From Frankiaceae bacterium (GTDB taxonomy: Bacteria; Actinomycetota; Actinomycetes; JAFAQI01), in assembly GCA_025929365.1 (NCBI GenBank), contig JAICMG010000002.1, forward strand, positions 1,438-65,437: a stretch of DNA of 64,000 bases, written 5' to 3'. The position numbers and the translations under genes are program-made. Shown here one piece after another: positions 27,870 to 37,606 of this stretch. Position 1 is the first letter of the stretch. Every line of letters starts with the position of its first letter. The notes beneath the pieces are model-generated. The model made no database searches and was not told where the DNA came from. It saw only the letters and a list, made by a program, of their open reading frames with translations.

Positions 27870-28970
27870 GTGACGGTACGGCGAGCGCTATCCCGTGCCG
27901 TGACGGCGTACCGGCTGCTGACGCTGGTCTACGCCGCGGTCCTCATCGCGGCTGACCATCATCAATATCGGCGGCCGGCGTTGGGCTGGGCACTGCTCGC
28001 CGTGATGGCGGCGTGGACCGTCGTGTCGACGTACGGATACGCGCAGCTGGCGGGCCGCGAGCGCGTACTGCTGGTCGCGGATGTCGGAATCGCCGTCGGC
28101 ATGGTCCTCGCGACACTCGCCGTGCAGACGTCCGCGCGGATCGACGCGGGGGCGCCGACTCTCCCGGTGGCCTGGGTGGCGGCGAGCGTGCTCGCGTGCG
28201 CGGTCGTCGCCGGACCGTGGGGCGGCGGCATGGCCGCGGTTGCGGTGAGCGCCGCAGACGTCGCTGAGCGGGGGGCGCTCACGCCGCACACCTTCAACGG
28301 CGTGGTGTTGCTGCTGCTTGCCGGTGGCGTGGGGGGTTACGTCGTGCGGCTGGGCGTTGCGGCTGAGGACTCCGTCGCCGAAGCGTCGACGGCGATGGCG
28401 GCGGTGGGGGAGCGCGAGCGGCTGGCGCGCGAGATCCACGACTCGACCCTGCAGGTGCTGGCGCTGATCGCGCGTCGTGGCCGGGAGATCGGTGGCGAGA
28501 CCGGTGATCTTGCGGAGCTGGCGGCTGCGCAGGAGACGAGCCTTCGCGCGCTGGTGTCCTCGGCTGCACCCAGCGCGAACGGCGCCAGTACCGACATACG
28601 GGCGGTGATCTCGGCCATGGCATCCGCCACGGTCATCGTTGCGACACCTGCAGCGGCCGTCGAGCTGTCGCAGGTTGTCGGTGACGCCCTGCTGAGCGCC
28701 GTCGCGGAGGCGCTGGCCAACGTTGAACGGCACGCCGGTGCGGATGCCAGGGCATGGGTGCTGGTCGAGACCGACCCGGACCGCGTCACCGTCAGCATCA
28801 GGGACGACGGCCCCGGCATCCCCGCGGGTCGTCTCGAGGCCGCAAGAGCCGCGGGCCGGCTCGGCGTGGCCCAGAGCATCGTGGGCCGGATCGAGGCGGT
28901 CGGTGGCACCGTGTCGATCGACTCGCGGCCGAACGAGGGGACGGAGGTCGAGATTCATGTGCCCCGCTGA
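27870..28970 (+). CDS. two-component sensor histidine kinase (HisKA_3/NarX-DesK type)
   Basis: Five N-terminal TMs. H-box EIHDSTLQ. HATPase_c with DDGPGIP. Confidence 0.75.
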   Translation: MTVRRALSRAVTAYRLLTLVYAAVLIAADHHQYRRPALGWALLAVMAAWTVVSTYGYAQLAGRERVLLVADVGIAVGMVLATLAVQTSARIDAGAPTLPVAWVAASVLACAVVAGPWGGGMAAVAVSAADVAERGALTPHTFNGVVLLLLAGGVGGYVVRLGVAAEDSVAEASTAMAAVGERERLAREIHDSTLQVLALIARRGREIGGETGDLAELAAAQETSLRALVSSAAPSANGASTDIRAVISAMASATVIVATPAAAVELSQVVGDALLSAVAEALANVERHAGADARAWVLVETDPDRVTVSIRDDGPGIPAGRLEAARAAGRLGVAQSIVGRIEAVGGTVSIDSRPNEGTEVEIHVPR

Positions 28971-28974
28971 ACCG

Positions 28975-29610
28975 GTGGTGCGGGTCATGGTCGTCGACGA
29001 CCACCCGATCTGGCGGGAGGCGGTGGCGCGCGACCTCGAGGCGGCAGGGCTCGAGGTGTGTGGCGTCGCGTCGGACGCTGCGCAGGCGGTACGGGTGGCG
29101 AAGGCGACGCGGCCCGAGGTCGTCGTACTCGACCTTCAGCTGCCGGATGGCTCCGGCGTCGATGTGGCGCGAAGCCTCGCCGCGTTCGATGAGCCGCCCA
29201 AGGTGCTCGTGCTGTCGGCGAGCGGTGAGCAGCCCGACGTACTCGGCGCGGTCGGAGCCGGCGCGACCGGTTATCTGATCAAGTCGGCAAGCGCGGCCGA
29301 ACTCGTCGATGCGGTGCGTGCGACCGCACGCGGCGAGGCGGTCTTCACGCCAGGCCTCGCGGCGTTGCTGTTGGGGGAGTACCAGCGGTTGTCGACCGGT
29401 GACGCTGGTGGCAATCCGGCGCTCACGCCGCGCGAGACGGAGATCCTCCGGTTGGTGGCGAAGGGCTTCACCTACCAGCAGATCGCGGACAAGCTCGTGC
29501 TGTCGCTGCGAACCGTGCAGAACCACGTGCAGAACACGCTGACGAAACTGCAGCTGCACAACAAGGCGCAACTGGTCCGCTACGCCATGGAGCAAGGCCT
29601 CGACGATTAG
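28975..29610 (+). CDS. NarL/LuxR family response regulator
   Basis: Receiver (VMVVDDH, VVVLDLQLPDGSG). C-terminal LuxR HTH (TPRETEILRLVAKGFTYQQIADKL). GTG start 5 nt after the kinase stop. Confidence 0.8.
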   Translation: MVRVMVVDDHPIWREAVARDLEAAGLEVCGVASDAAQAVRVAKATRPEVVVLDLQLPDGSGVDVARSLAAFDEPPKVLVLSASGEQPDVLGAVGAGATGYLIKSASAAELVDAVRATARGEAVFTPGLAALLLGEYQRLSTGDAGGNPALTPRETEILRLVAKGFTYQQIADKLVLSLRTVQNHVQNTLTKLQLHNKAQLVRYAMEQGLDD

Positions 29611-31070
29611 CGATGCGTACGAGTACGGCGGACGGCGTCCTGCCACCGTTCGTAGTCCGCGTCGTCCCTGGGTTCGGGCTCGAAGCGCTTGTCGAGCCGC
29701 CAGGTCGATCGCAGCTCGTCGCGCGATGACCACACGCCGGTCGCGAGACCGGCAAGGAACGCGGCGCCGAGTGCTGTCGTCTCCGCCACCTTGGGCCGGC
29801 GCACCGGCACCTGCAGCTCGGTCGCCTGCATCTCGCACAGGAGGTCGTTGGCGGCCGCTCCACCGTCCACCGACAGCTCGGGAAGCCGTATGCCGGCGTC
29901 CCGGATCATCACGTCGACCACGTCGCGAACCTCGAACGCGATCGCTTCGAGGGTCGCGCGCACCAGATGCGCGCGCGTGGTCCCGCGAGTGATGCCGGTG
30001 ATGGCGCCGCGTGCGTCAGGGTCCCAGTGCGGCGCGCCGAGCCCGGTCAGCGCGGGCACGAAGACCACGCCGCCCGAGTCCGGGACCGACCGCGCGACTG
30101 CCTCGGTCTCGGCTGCCGAGCTGATGATGCCGAGACCGTCGCGCAGCCACTGCACCGCAGCGCCGGTCACGAAGATCGCACCCTCGAGCGCATAGACGAG
30201 GCCGTCGCCGACATCCCACGCGACGGTGGTGAGCAGACCCGCGTCGGAGCGGACCGGTGTCGCGCCGGTGTTCACGAGGACGAACGAGCCGGTGCCGTAG
30301 GTGCACTTGCTCTCGCCGCTGTCGAAGCAGGCCTGCCCGAACAGCGCCGCCTGCTGGTCGCCCGCGATGCCCGCGATCGGAAGGTCGAGGCCGAGGAACG
30401 CAGCGGGGTCGGACCGGCCGAGGTCGCCGCTTGATCGCCGCACCTCGGGCAGTGCCGCCATGGGCACGCGGAGCAGGTCGCACAGCTCCTCGCTCCACCT
30501 ACCTGCCGCGATGTCGTAGAGCAAGGTGCGGCTGGCGTTGCTCGGATCGGTGAGGTGCTCGCGACCCGCCGACAGCCGCGCGACGAGGTAGGAGTCGACC
30601 GTGCCGACCACCAGATCGCCCGAGGTCACGCCGGCCCAGGCCGGATCGTTGCCGGCGAGCCAGGTCAGCTTGGTGCCGGTGAAGTACGGGTCGAGGCGCA
30701 GGCCGGTCAGCTCCGCGACGCGCGGCTCGTGGCCGGCGTTGCGCAGCTGCTCGCACAGCGCGGCGGTACGCCGGTCCTGCCAGACGATCGCGCGTCGTGG
30801 CGCGGCCAGTGTCTCGCGATCCCACAGGACTGCGGTCTCGCGCTGGTTGGTGATGCCGATCGCCGCGGGTGCCTGATCGACCGCCGCGAGGGCCGCCCGA
30901 CATGCGGCGAGCGTCGCTTGCCAGATCTCCTCCGGCTCGTGCTCGACCCATCCGGGCTGCGGAAAGTGCTGCGTGAACTCCTGGTAGCCGCGGGCGCCGA
31001 TGCGCCCGTCCTCGCTGACGACCAAGGCAGTCACGCCCGTTGTCCCGGCGTCGATGGCGAGCACGCTCAT
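29607..31070 (-). CDS. glpK: glycerol kinase
   Basis: FGGY kinase N-terminus AIDAGTTGV. Signature ...GTGSFVLVNTG. Confidence 0.9.
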   Translation of the reverse strand: MSVLAIDAGTTGVTALVVSEDGRIGARGYQEFTQHFPQPGWVEHEPEEIWQATLAACRAALAAVDQAPAAIGITNQRETAVLWDRETLAAPRRAIVWQDRRTAALCEQLRNAGHEPRVAELTGLRLDPYFTGTKLTWLAGNDPAWAGVTSGDLVVGTVDSYLVARLSAGREHLTDPSNASRTLLYDIAAGRWSEELCDLLRVPMAALPEVRRSSGDLGRSDPAAFLGLDLPIAGIAGDQQAALFGQACFDSGESKCTYGTGSFVLVNTGATPVRSDAGLLTTVAWDVGDGLVYALEGAIFVTGAAVQWLRDGLGIISSAAETEAVARSVPDSGGVVFVPALTGLGAPHWDPDARGAITGITRGTTRAHLVRATLEAIAFEVRDVVDVMIRDAGIRLPELSVDGGAAANDLLCEMQATELQVPVRRPKVAETTALGAAFLAGLATGVWSSRDELRSTWRLDKRFEPEPRDDADYERWQDAVRRTRTHR

Positions 31071-31894
31071 GGCGACAGCTTTCGAAGCTGCGCGAGGACG
31101 ACGGGGTCGATCCTGCCCGGTAAGAGTCGTTCCTCGTAGTTCTCGATGCCGGCCCAGTTCGCGAGCGCCGCGTCGAGATCGGCGTCGGCGTGGCCGAGCC
31201 CGCGCAGCCGATCACGCACCTCATCAGCGAGCGAACCGTCGAGTGGGAGCGCCGCATCCGGATCGGGCTTCGTGAAGTAGATGTCATGGAGGTCGAGCAG
31301 GCGGACAAGCTCGGGCACCGGGTCCGGATGATCGTCGACCCGCAGGTCGGCGTACACGTCGCTGCCACCGCCGTAGCCGCCGTCCGGGGTGACGACCAGC
31401 AGTGCCGCGCTTTGCCGGCCACGCCGGTCGCCGCCGGCGAGATCACCCGCCGACAGAGCGGCCAGCAGACGCCGGGCGAGGGGGGATGCCGCGTCGCTGG
31501 CCAGCCAGGCCCGTTCCATCTCGGTGACGACCTCCGGCCCGGTGAGGATGTTGCCCTGGATCGCATAGCCGTCGTGCGCCACTCCGCCGGCCCATTCGTG
31601 GCAGGCGCTCCCGGTGTACGTCGCTGCGGTCCCCGCCGCGTCGACGACGCCGGCCTGCCGGTGGTCGCGCTGCTCGTCCGCCGAGGTCAGCGCCTGCAGA
31701 ACGGCTCCGGCCTCGCTGCCTTCGCCGAGTAGTGCGAGCCCGTCCGGTCGGTAGGCGAGGTTCGCCAGGGCCTGCGTCGCGATCGCGCCGACACCAGCGC
31801 GAGCCGCCGGTACGGCAGCGCCGACCGCGAGGAACTTCGACGCGACGGCGACGCCCCACGCCGTGCCGTCGGTCGCGACGATCGAGAACGTCAT
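31067..31894 (-). CDS. DUF1028 family protein (Ntn-hydrolase-like)
   Basis: Starts at MTFSIVATDG. The listed ORF extends 311 codons further upstream through pfkA antisense, which I reject. 4-nt overlap with glpK. Confidence 0.6.
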   Translation of the reverse strand: MTFSIVATDGTAWGVAVASKFLAVGAAVPAARAGVGAIATQALANLAYRPDGLALLGEGSEAGAVLQALTSADEQRDHRQAGVVDAAGTAATYTGSACHEWAGGVAHDGYAIQGNILTGPEVVTEMERAWLASDAASPLARRLLAALSAGDLAGGDRRGRQSAALLVVTPDGGYGGGSDVYADLRVDDHPDPVPELVRLLDLHDIYFTKPDPDAALPLDGSLADEVRDRLRGLGHADADLDAALANWAGIENYEERLLPGRIDPVVLAQLRKLSP

Positions 31895-31933
31895 GTCGCC
31901 GGAGCCTAGGGCGTCCCCGTAGGGTGAGCGGGT

Positions 31934-32959
31934 ATGCGGATCGGAGTCCTGACCGGCGGTGGCGACTGTCCCGGCTTGAATGCCGTGATCCGGGCAGCGG
32001 TGCGAAAAGGCACGCAGGTCCACGGCCACTCGTTCGTCGGCTTCCGCGACGGGTGGAAGGGACCGCTCGAAGGCATCACGATGCCGCTCGACGTCGGGAC
32101 GACACGGGGGATCCTGCCTCGTGGCGGCACCATTCTCGGTTCGTCGCGCACGAACCCGCTGAAGGTCGACGGCGGCATCGATGCGATCCGGGCGACGCTG
32201 GCCAAGGAGAGCGTCGACGCGCTCATCGCGATCGGGGGCGAGGACACGCTCGGCGTCGCGACGGCGCTCGCGGCAGAGGGTGTGACGGTCGTCGGTGTCC
32301 CGAAGACCATCGACAACGACCTGGGCGCTACCGACTACACCTTCGGCTTCGACACCGCGGTGCAGATAGCCGTCGACGCGATCGATCGGCTGCACACCAC
32401 CGCCGAGTCCCACCACCGCGTCCTGATCGTCGAGGTGATGGGACGCCACGCCGGCTGGATTGCGCTGCACTCCGGTCTCGCCGGCGGCGCGAACGTGATC
32501 CTGATCCCAGAGCGGCCCTTCGACATCGAGCAGGTCTGCAACTACATCGAGCACCGCTTCGCTTCGCACTACGCGCCGATCGTCGTGGTGGCCGAGGGTG
32601 CCGTCCCCGCCGTGGGCACGATGTCGCTGCAGGACCAGGGCGTCGATGCCTTCGGGCATGTCCGCCTCGGCGGCATCGGGGCCGTGCTCGAGCAGGAGAT
32701 CTCCGCGCGCACCGGCAAGGAAGCCCGCGCCACGGTGCTCGGTCATGTGCAGCGCGGCGGCACGCCCACGGCGTACGACCGCGTGCTCGCCACGCGATTC
32801 GGGCTGCACGCCATCGATGCGGTCCACGACGGTGAATCAGGGGTGATGGTGGCCTTGCGCGGCACGGACATCGTCCGGGTGCCGCTGGCGGAGGCCACGC
32901 GCGAGCTGAAGACCGTGTCGCTGGAGCGCTACGCCGAGGTCGAGGTCTTCTTCGGCTAG
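31934..32959 (+). CDS. pfkA: ATP-dependent 6-phosphofructokinase
   Basis: IGVLTGGGDCPGLNAVIR, GGEDTLG and MGRHAGW motifs. Confidence 0.9.
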   Translation: MRIGVLTGGGDCPGLNAVIRAAVRKGTQVHGHSFVGFRDGWKGPLEGITMPLDVGTTRGILPRGGTILGSSRTNPLKVDGGIDAIRATLAKESVDALIAIGGEDTLGVATALAAEGVTVVGVPKTIDNDLGATDYTFGFDTAVQIAVDAIDRLHTTAESHHRVLIVEVMGRHAGWIALHSGLAGGANVILIPERPFDIEQVCNYIEHRFASHYAPIVVVAEGAVPAVGTMSLQDQGVDAFGHVRLGGIGAVLEQEISARTGKEARATVLGHVQRGGTPTAYDRVLATRFGLHAIDAVHDGESGVMVALRGTDIVRVPLAEATRELKTVSLERYAEVEVFFG

Positions 32960-33052
32960 GTCGAGTTTCTCGTCGAGGTCGACGAAGATGGCCGCAAACC
33001 TGCCGTTAGCCGCCACCTACGTCGACCTCGGTGAACGGAGACTGCCCGGGAC

Positions 33053-34363
33053 CTAGAGCTGCTGGTTGAACGTCGCAGTCGCCGACTGATCGCCGTTCGA
33101 CGCGGTGACCCGGCGGTTGCCGGGCAGCACGGAGTTCGCGACAACATGTGCCGTGATGGCGCCGTCTGGATCAGCCGTGACGGAGGTTTGGTTCTGGCCG
33201 GCGTATGAGACGAACACCAGGCTGCCGGGCGTCCAGCCGGTTCCGGTAACCGTGATGTCGGTGCCGGAACGCCCCGACGTGGGGGACAGCGTGAGCGTCG
33301 CGATCGCAGGCGCGGAGGTAGGTGGTGGTGACAAGGTCGGGAGCACGGTGGGTGTCACCGACAGAGAGGGTGTCGGCGTCGGGCTCGGGGTGCGGTGCCG
33401 GTGCGGTGACGGCGAGACCGAGAACGACGGGACGATCGGCGTCAGGCTCGGCGCGGGGCTTGACGCCAGCGGCCCGAGCGAGTGGTTGGCCTGGCTGACC
33501 GCGCCGATCCCGATGCCGAGTGCGATCGCCAGAACGATCGCGATCACTGCGATGACCGGGGAGACGGGCGGCCCCGGGTCGTGGTCCTCGTCGACGGCGC
33601 GAAGTACGGCCTCGTGGCTGGGCAAGGCGGCGACGGCGTGGTGTGAGACCCGGTCGATCATCCCCTCACGTGCGTCGTCGTCCATCGCGATGATGGGGAG
33701 CCCGGCCGCCAGGCGCCGGCCGCGGGCGAGGGTCTCGAGCATCTCCTCGCAGGCGGTGCAGTTGGCCACGTGGCGTCGCAACGGTGCGGCGCGAGGAGCA
33801 TCCAGCGTGTCGTCGGCGAGCCGGCTCAACGAGGTGATGTCGACCGTCGTACGCCCGCTGTGGCCGGCGAGGTCCGGCACGGGCCGCTCGTCGTACGCCG
33901 CAACGAGGGCGAGCCGCCCACGTGCGGTGAGCTCGGCCGATGTCTCGCTGCCACGTCGCAGCGCGACGCCCACGGCTTGCGGGGGCAGGTCGTAGGCGTC
34001 GCGCAGGATGACCGCGTCCCGCTGCGTCTCGTCAAGGCTCGCGAGAATGCTGCGGACCCGGGCTTCGCTCTCGGTGCCGGCGAGCATGCTCGTGGTCTCG
34101 TCCTCGCCGGTGGCGGCCTTGCGGCGCGCGGCAGTAGTGGTCTCGACCGCCCGCGCGAACCACCACCCGGCGAGGTCGATGACGGTCTCGGGGGCGTTGA
34201 CCACGGTGTCCAGCAGCGCGAGGGCGTGTGTCTCGAGGACGTCGATCGCCTCGAGAGGGGGGATTCCGCGCCTGCGGAGCAGGTCGTTGACCCGGTCGGC
34301 GTACACCCGCACCGCGCTGACGAAGTCGTCGGCGGAGACGAGAGCGACGACGTCGCGCGGCAT
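33053..34363 (-). CDS. sigma-70 region-4-like domain fused to zinc-finger (ZAS-like) anti-sigma membrane protein with C-terminal Ig-like domain
   Basis: Region-4-like segment DETQRDAVILRDAYDLPPQAVGVAL. HVANCTACEE (H-x3-C-x2-C). TM segment VIAVIAIVLAIALGIGIGAV. Pro/Ser-rich linker. Beta-rich C-terminus. Confidence 0.5.
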   Translation of the reverse strand: MPRDVVALVSADDFVSAVRVYADRVNDLLRRRGIPPLEAIDVLETHALALLDTVVNAPETVIDLAGWWFARAVETTTAARRKAATGEDETTSMLAGTESEARVRSILASLDETQRDAVILRDAYDLPPQAVGVALRRGSETSAELTARGRLALVAAYDERPVPDLAGHSGRTTVDITSLSRLADDTLDAPRAAPLRRHVANCTACEEMLETLARGRRLAAGLPIIAMDDDAREGMIDRVSHHAVAALPSHEAVLRAVDEDHDPGPPVSPVIAVIAIVLAIALGIGIGAVSQANHSLGPLASSPAPSLTPIVPSFSVSPSPHRHRTPSPTPTPSLSVTPTVLPTLSPPPTSAPAIATLTLSPTSGRSGTDITVTGTGWTPGSLVFVSYAGQNQTSVTADPDGAITAHVVANSVLPGNRRVTASNGDQSATATFNQQL

Positions 34364-34411
34364 CCGGTTACCTTATGGCCGGTATCACCGCGACGCTCGG
34401 AGGCAACACGC

Positions 34412-35476
34412 GTGGCTGACAACGACGGACGCAGGTCCCGCACTGTCGACCTTCGCAGCGACACCGTGACCCGCCCCACGGCGGCGATGCGCGAGGCGAT
34501 GGCCCAAGCCGATGTCGGTGACGACGTCTACGGCGAGGACCCGACGATCAACGCGCTCGAGGCCGAGGTCGCCGCGATGTTCGGACATGAGGCGGCAGTT
34601 TTCGTGCCCAGCGGCACGATGGGAAACCTCATCTCGCTCCGGCTGCTCTGTGGCGAGGGCGAGGAGCTGATCTGCGACGCGGACGCTCACATCGTCAGCT
34701 ACGAAGCGGGCGCGGCTGCCGCGCACGGCGGGATCCAGACACGTACGCCGATCGTGCCGCGCGGGCTGCTGAGTGCCGAGGTGGTGGAGCCGCAGCTTCG
34801 GGTGGCGGGCTACCACGCCGTGCCGACCACCGCCCTCGCGGTCGAGCAGACGCACAACCGCGGTGGTGGCGCGGTATATCCGATCGAGACGCTCCGCGAC
34901 CTTCGCGCGCTCGCCGACTCCCACCCGCTGACGCTGCACTGCGACGGTGCGCGGATCTGGAACGCGCACGTGGCGACCGGCGTCTCGTTGGCCGAGTACG
35001 GCGCGCTGTTCGACACGATGTCGGTGTGCCTGAGCAAAGGACTCGGCGCACCAGTGGGGTCACTCGTCGTGCTGAAGGACGGCGACCGTGCGGCGCGGGC
35101 GCGCGACGTCCGCCACCGTCTCGGGGGTGCGATGCGGCAGGCAGGTGTGCTCGCGGCCGCCGGGTTACATGCCGTGCGGCATCACCTCGAGCGGCTGGCC
35201 GACGATCATGCGCGTGCCCGCCGCCTTGCGGAGGAGATCGCCGCGTTCGCCCCTGGGGTCGCCGATCCTGCAGCGGTCGAGACCAACATCGTCGTCCTCG
35301 ACCTCGCGCACGCACCCGTCGACACGGCGGGGCTGGCCGCGGCGTGCGCCGCAGAGGGCGTCCTGGTCTCGAGCCTGGCGCCGCGGCGGGTACGCCTCGT
35401 CACGCATCTCGACGTCGACGACGCGGACGTCGACATCGCTCTCGCCGCGATCCGCGCAGCCCTCACCCCTCGATAG
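34412..35476 (+). CDS. ltaE: low-specificity L-threonine aldolase
   Basis: GTG start 8 nt after GGAGG. DLRSDTVTRP. PLP Lys region ...SVCLSKGLGAPVGS. Confidence 0.8.
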   Translation: MADNDGRRSRTVDLRSDTVTRPTAAMREAMAQADVGDDVYGEDPTINALEAEVAAMFGHEAAVFVPSGTMGNLISLRLLCGEGEELICDADAHIVSYEAGAAAAHGGIQTRTPIVPRGLLSAEVVEPQLRVAGYHAVPTTALAVEQTHNRGGGAVYPIETLRDLRALADSHPLTLHCDGARIWNAHVATGVSLAEYGALFDTMSVCLSKGLGAPVGSLVVLKDGDRAARARDVRHRLGGAMRQAGVLAAAGLHAVRHHLERLADDHARARRLAEEIAAFAPGVADPAAVETNIVVLDLAHAPVDTAGLAAACAAEGVLVSSLAPRRVRLVTHLDVDDADVDIALAAIRAALTPR

Positions 35477-36491
35477 TCACCACGCGTCGGCCAAGCATGG
35501 GCGGCATCTCCCTGACCGCCTTTGTCAGCGCTTCCAGATCGACGTCGACCAGCGCCTGCGGTCCGTCGCAGAGTGCGGCGCCGGGCTCTGGGTGGAGGTC
35601 GACCATGATCGCGTCCGCACCCACCGCGATCGCTGCCCGCGCGAGCGGGACGACGAGCTCGCGCTTCCCGCCGGCATGCGACGGGTCCACCATCACCGGC
35701 AGGTGCGACAGCGAGTGGACGACCGGCACGGCGCTGACGTCGAGCGTGTTGCGATAGGCGGTCTCGAACGTGCGGATGCCGCGCTCGCACAACACGATGT
35801 CGAGGTTTCCGCGCTGCGCGATGTACTCGGCGGCCATCAGCCACTCTTCGATCGTCGCGTTGAGCCCGCGCTTGAGCATGACCGGCTTGCCGATGCTGCC
35901 GACCGCCTGCAACAGCGCGAAGTTCTGCATGTTGCGGGTGCCGATCTGCAGCATGTCGGCGTAGTCGGCCACCAGTGGCACGTCGGCCGCGTCGACGACC
36001 TCGGTGACGACGGGAAGGCCGGTCTTCTCCCGCGCTTCGGCGAGGATCTTCAACCCGGCCTCGCCGAGCCCCTGGAACGCGTACGGCGACGTGCGTGGCT
36101 TGAAGGCACCACCGCGGAGCAGGACGGCGCCCGCGGCTTTCGCCATCTCGGCGGCTGCGATCGTCTGCTCCTCGGTCTCGACCGCGCAGGGCCCGGCGAT
36201 CAAGGTGAAGGTGTCCGGACCGATCGGGACGCCGGCGACCGTCACGGTCGACGTCTCAGGGTGGTTCTCCCGGCTCACCAGCTTGTAGGCCGAGGAGATC
36301 CGGACGACGTCGCTCACACCGGGGAGCGCGGCGAGGTTCAGCGTCTCGAACCGCTCGACGTCACCGACGAGACCGACGATCGTGCGGTGCACGCCGCGGC
36401 TGACGAAAGCGTCGCCGCCGGCTGCCTCGACCGTGCGTACGACGGCCTCGACCTCCTCGGCAGTCGCTTCCGATGTCATGACCACCACCAT
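35463..36491 (-). CDS. 3-deoxy-7-phosphoheptulonate synthase, type I-beta with N-terminal ferredoxin-like regulatory domain
   Basis: KDO8PS/DAHPS I-beta core (LLRGGAFKPRTSPY..., KPVMLKRG, VDPSHAGG). The start moves to the internal ATG with GGAAGGA 5 nt upstream, because the ORF's first 22 codons overlap a terminator hairpin. Confidence 0.8.
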   Translation of the reverse strand: MVVVMTSEATAEEVEAVVRTVEAAGGDAFVSRGVHRTIVGLVGDVERFETLNLAALPGVSDVVRISSAYKLVSRENHPETSTVTVAGVPIGPDTFTLIAGPCAVETEEQTIAAAEMAKAAGAVLLRGGAFKPRTSPYAFQGLGEAGLKILAEAREKTGLPVVTEVVDAADVPLVADYADMLQIGTRNMQNFALLQAVGSIGKPVMLKRGLNATIEEWLMAAEYIAQRGNLDIVLCERGIRTFETAYRNTLDVSAVPVVHSLSHLPVMVDPSHAGGKRELVVPLARAAIAVGADAIMVDLHPEPGAALCDGPQALVDVDLEALTKAVREMPPMLGRRVVTIEG

Positions 36492-36522
36492 CGCCTGTCC
36501 TTCCACGACGTCAGAACCCATC

Positions 36523-36550
36523 AAAAAAGCCCCGGGCGGTTGCCCGGGGC
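36523..36550 (-). terminator. intrinsic terminator (GCCCCGGGC-AACC-GCCCGGGGC followed by T6 on minus strand)
   Basis: Read directly. About 90 nt downstream of the EamA gene stop. Confidence 0.6.
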
Positions 36551-36639
36551 TCATCAAGCGGAGTGCGCGCTACTCCACCCGATCGAGCATCCGCCCGGAC
36601 CCGGTGAAATAGCCAAACCAGCGCGTCACGGAGATCACC

Positions 36640-37536
36640 CTACTCGAAACGTTCGAATCGCGCATCCTCCGCCTTTCGAGGGCCCAGCTCGACCGTGTAC
36701 ATGGCGGCGAGCACCAGCAGCGCGCCGAGCACGACCCGAGGGCCGAGCGGGTCGCCTCCGAACGTGACCCCGAACAGGCCCGCGAACACCGGCTCCATCG
36801 TCATGACGACCGCCGCGCGGGTCGGCTCGAGGCGAGCCTGGGCCCAGGTCTGGATGAAGAAGGCGACGGACGTCGCCGCGATCGCGGTGAGCAGGATCGC
36901 GCCCCAAGCGGCCGCGTCGGGCGGTGGCGCCAACGAGTCGGGGGCGGCCGCGGCGATCGACAGGACGGCGACGGTCGACAGCTGTACGACGGCGAGTCCG
37001 GCGGCGTCGTGTGACGAGGACCACTCGCCGAGGCCGACGATGTGCAACGCGAACGCGATCGCACACAGCAACGTGATGCCGGCACCGCGGCCGATCGCGA
37101 CGCCATGCAGGGACAGCAGTGCGAGTCCTCCCGTCGCGAGCGCGACCCCGAGCCATGTCGTGCTCCCCATCCGCCGGCGAAGCAGGACGGCGGAGCACAA
37201 CGGCGTGAAGACGACGAACAAGCCCGTGATGAAGCCGGACACCGAGGCAGGCGTGTGTTCCAGGCCGAATGTCTGAGCCACGTATCCCGCGCCGAGCGCG
37301 AGGCCGAGGATGACGCCGCGGCGGCGGCCGAGCGCATCGAGCTGTGCGACGGATCGCGGTCGGGCCGCGACCATCACGAGTGCGGCGATCGCGAACCGCC
37401 AGGCGAGGAAGTCCATCACCGGCATGCGTGCGACGGCGTCCTTCACCACGACGAACGTGGAGCCCCAGACTGCCGTCACCGCGACGAGCGCGGCGATGGC
37501 GATCGCGGGACGGGAGGGCTTCATGTCGCCGTGCAC
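36640..37536 (-). CDS. EamA/DMT family transporter
   Basis: Ten predicted TM helices. Two EamA-like halves. Confidence 0.75.
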   Translation of the reverse strand: MHGDMKPSRPAIAIAALVAVTAVWGSTFVVVKDAVARMPVMDFLAWRFAIAALVMVAARPRSVAQLDALGRRRGVILGLALGAGYVAQTFGLEHTPASVSGFITGLFVVFTPLCSAVLLRRRMGSTTWLGVALATGGLALLSLHGVAIGRGAGITLLCAIAFALHIVGLGEWSSSHDAAGLAVVQLSTVAVLSIAAAAPDSLAPPPDAAAWGAILLTAIAATSVAFFIQTWAQARLEPTRAAVVMTMEPVFAGLFGVTFGGDPLGPRVVLGALLVLAAMYTVELGPRKAEDARFERFE

Positions 37537-37606
37537 GCTAGCCGCCGTCCCTCGTGCCGACGGAGATTCCGGCTCGCCACCGGAATCCGTCTTGGTGGAT
37601 CGGCTT

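Noticed and set aside
31895-32827. Upstream 311 codons of the listed 586-aa ORF containing the DUF1028 gene
   Set aside because: Runs antisense through pfkA. The DUF1028 homology begins at the internal Met (MTFSIVATDG).
35088-36767. 559-aa plus-strand ORF across the DAHP synthase/EamA region
   Set aside because: Antisense to two well-supported genes. Low-complexity Arg/Asp/Gly composition.
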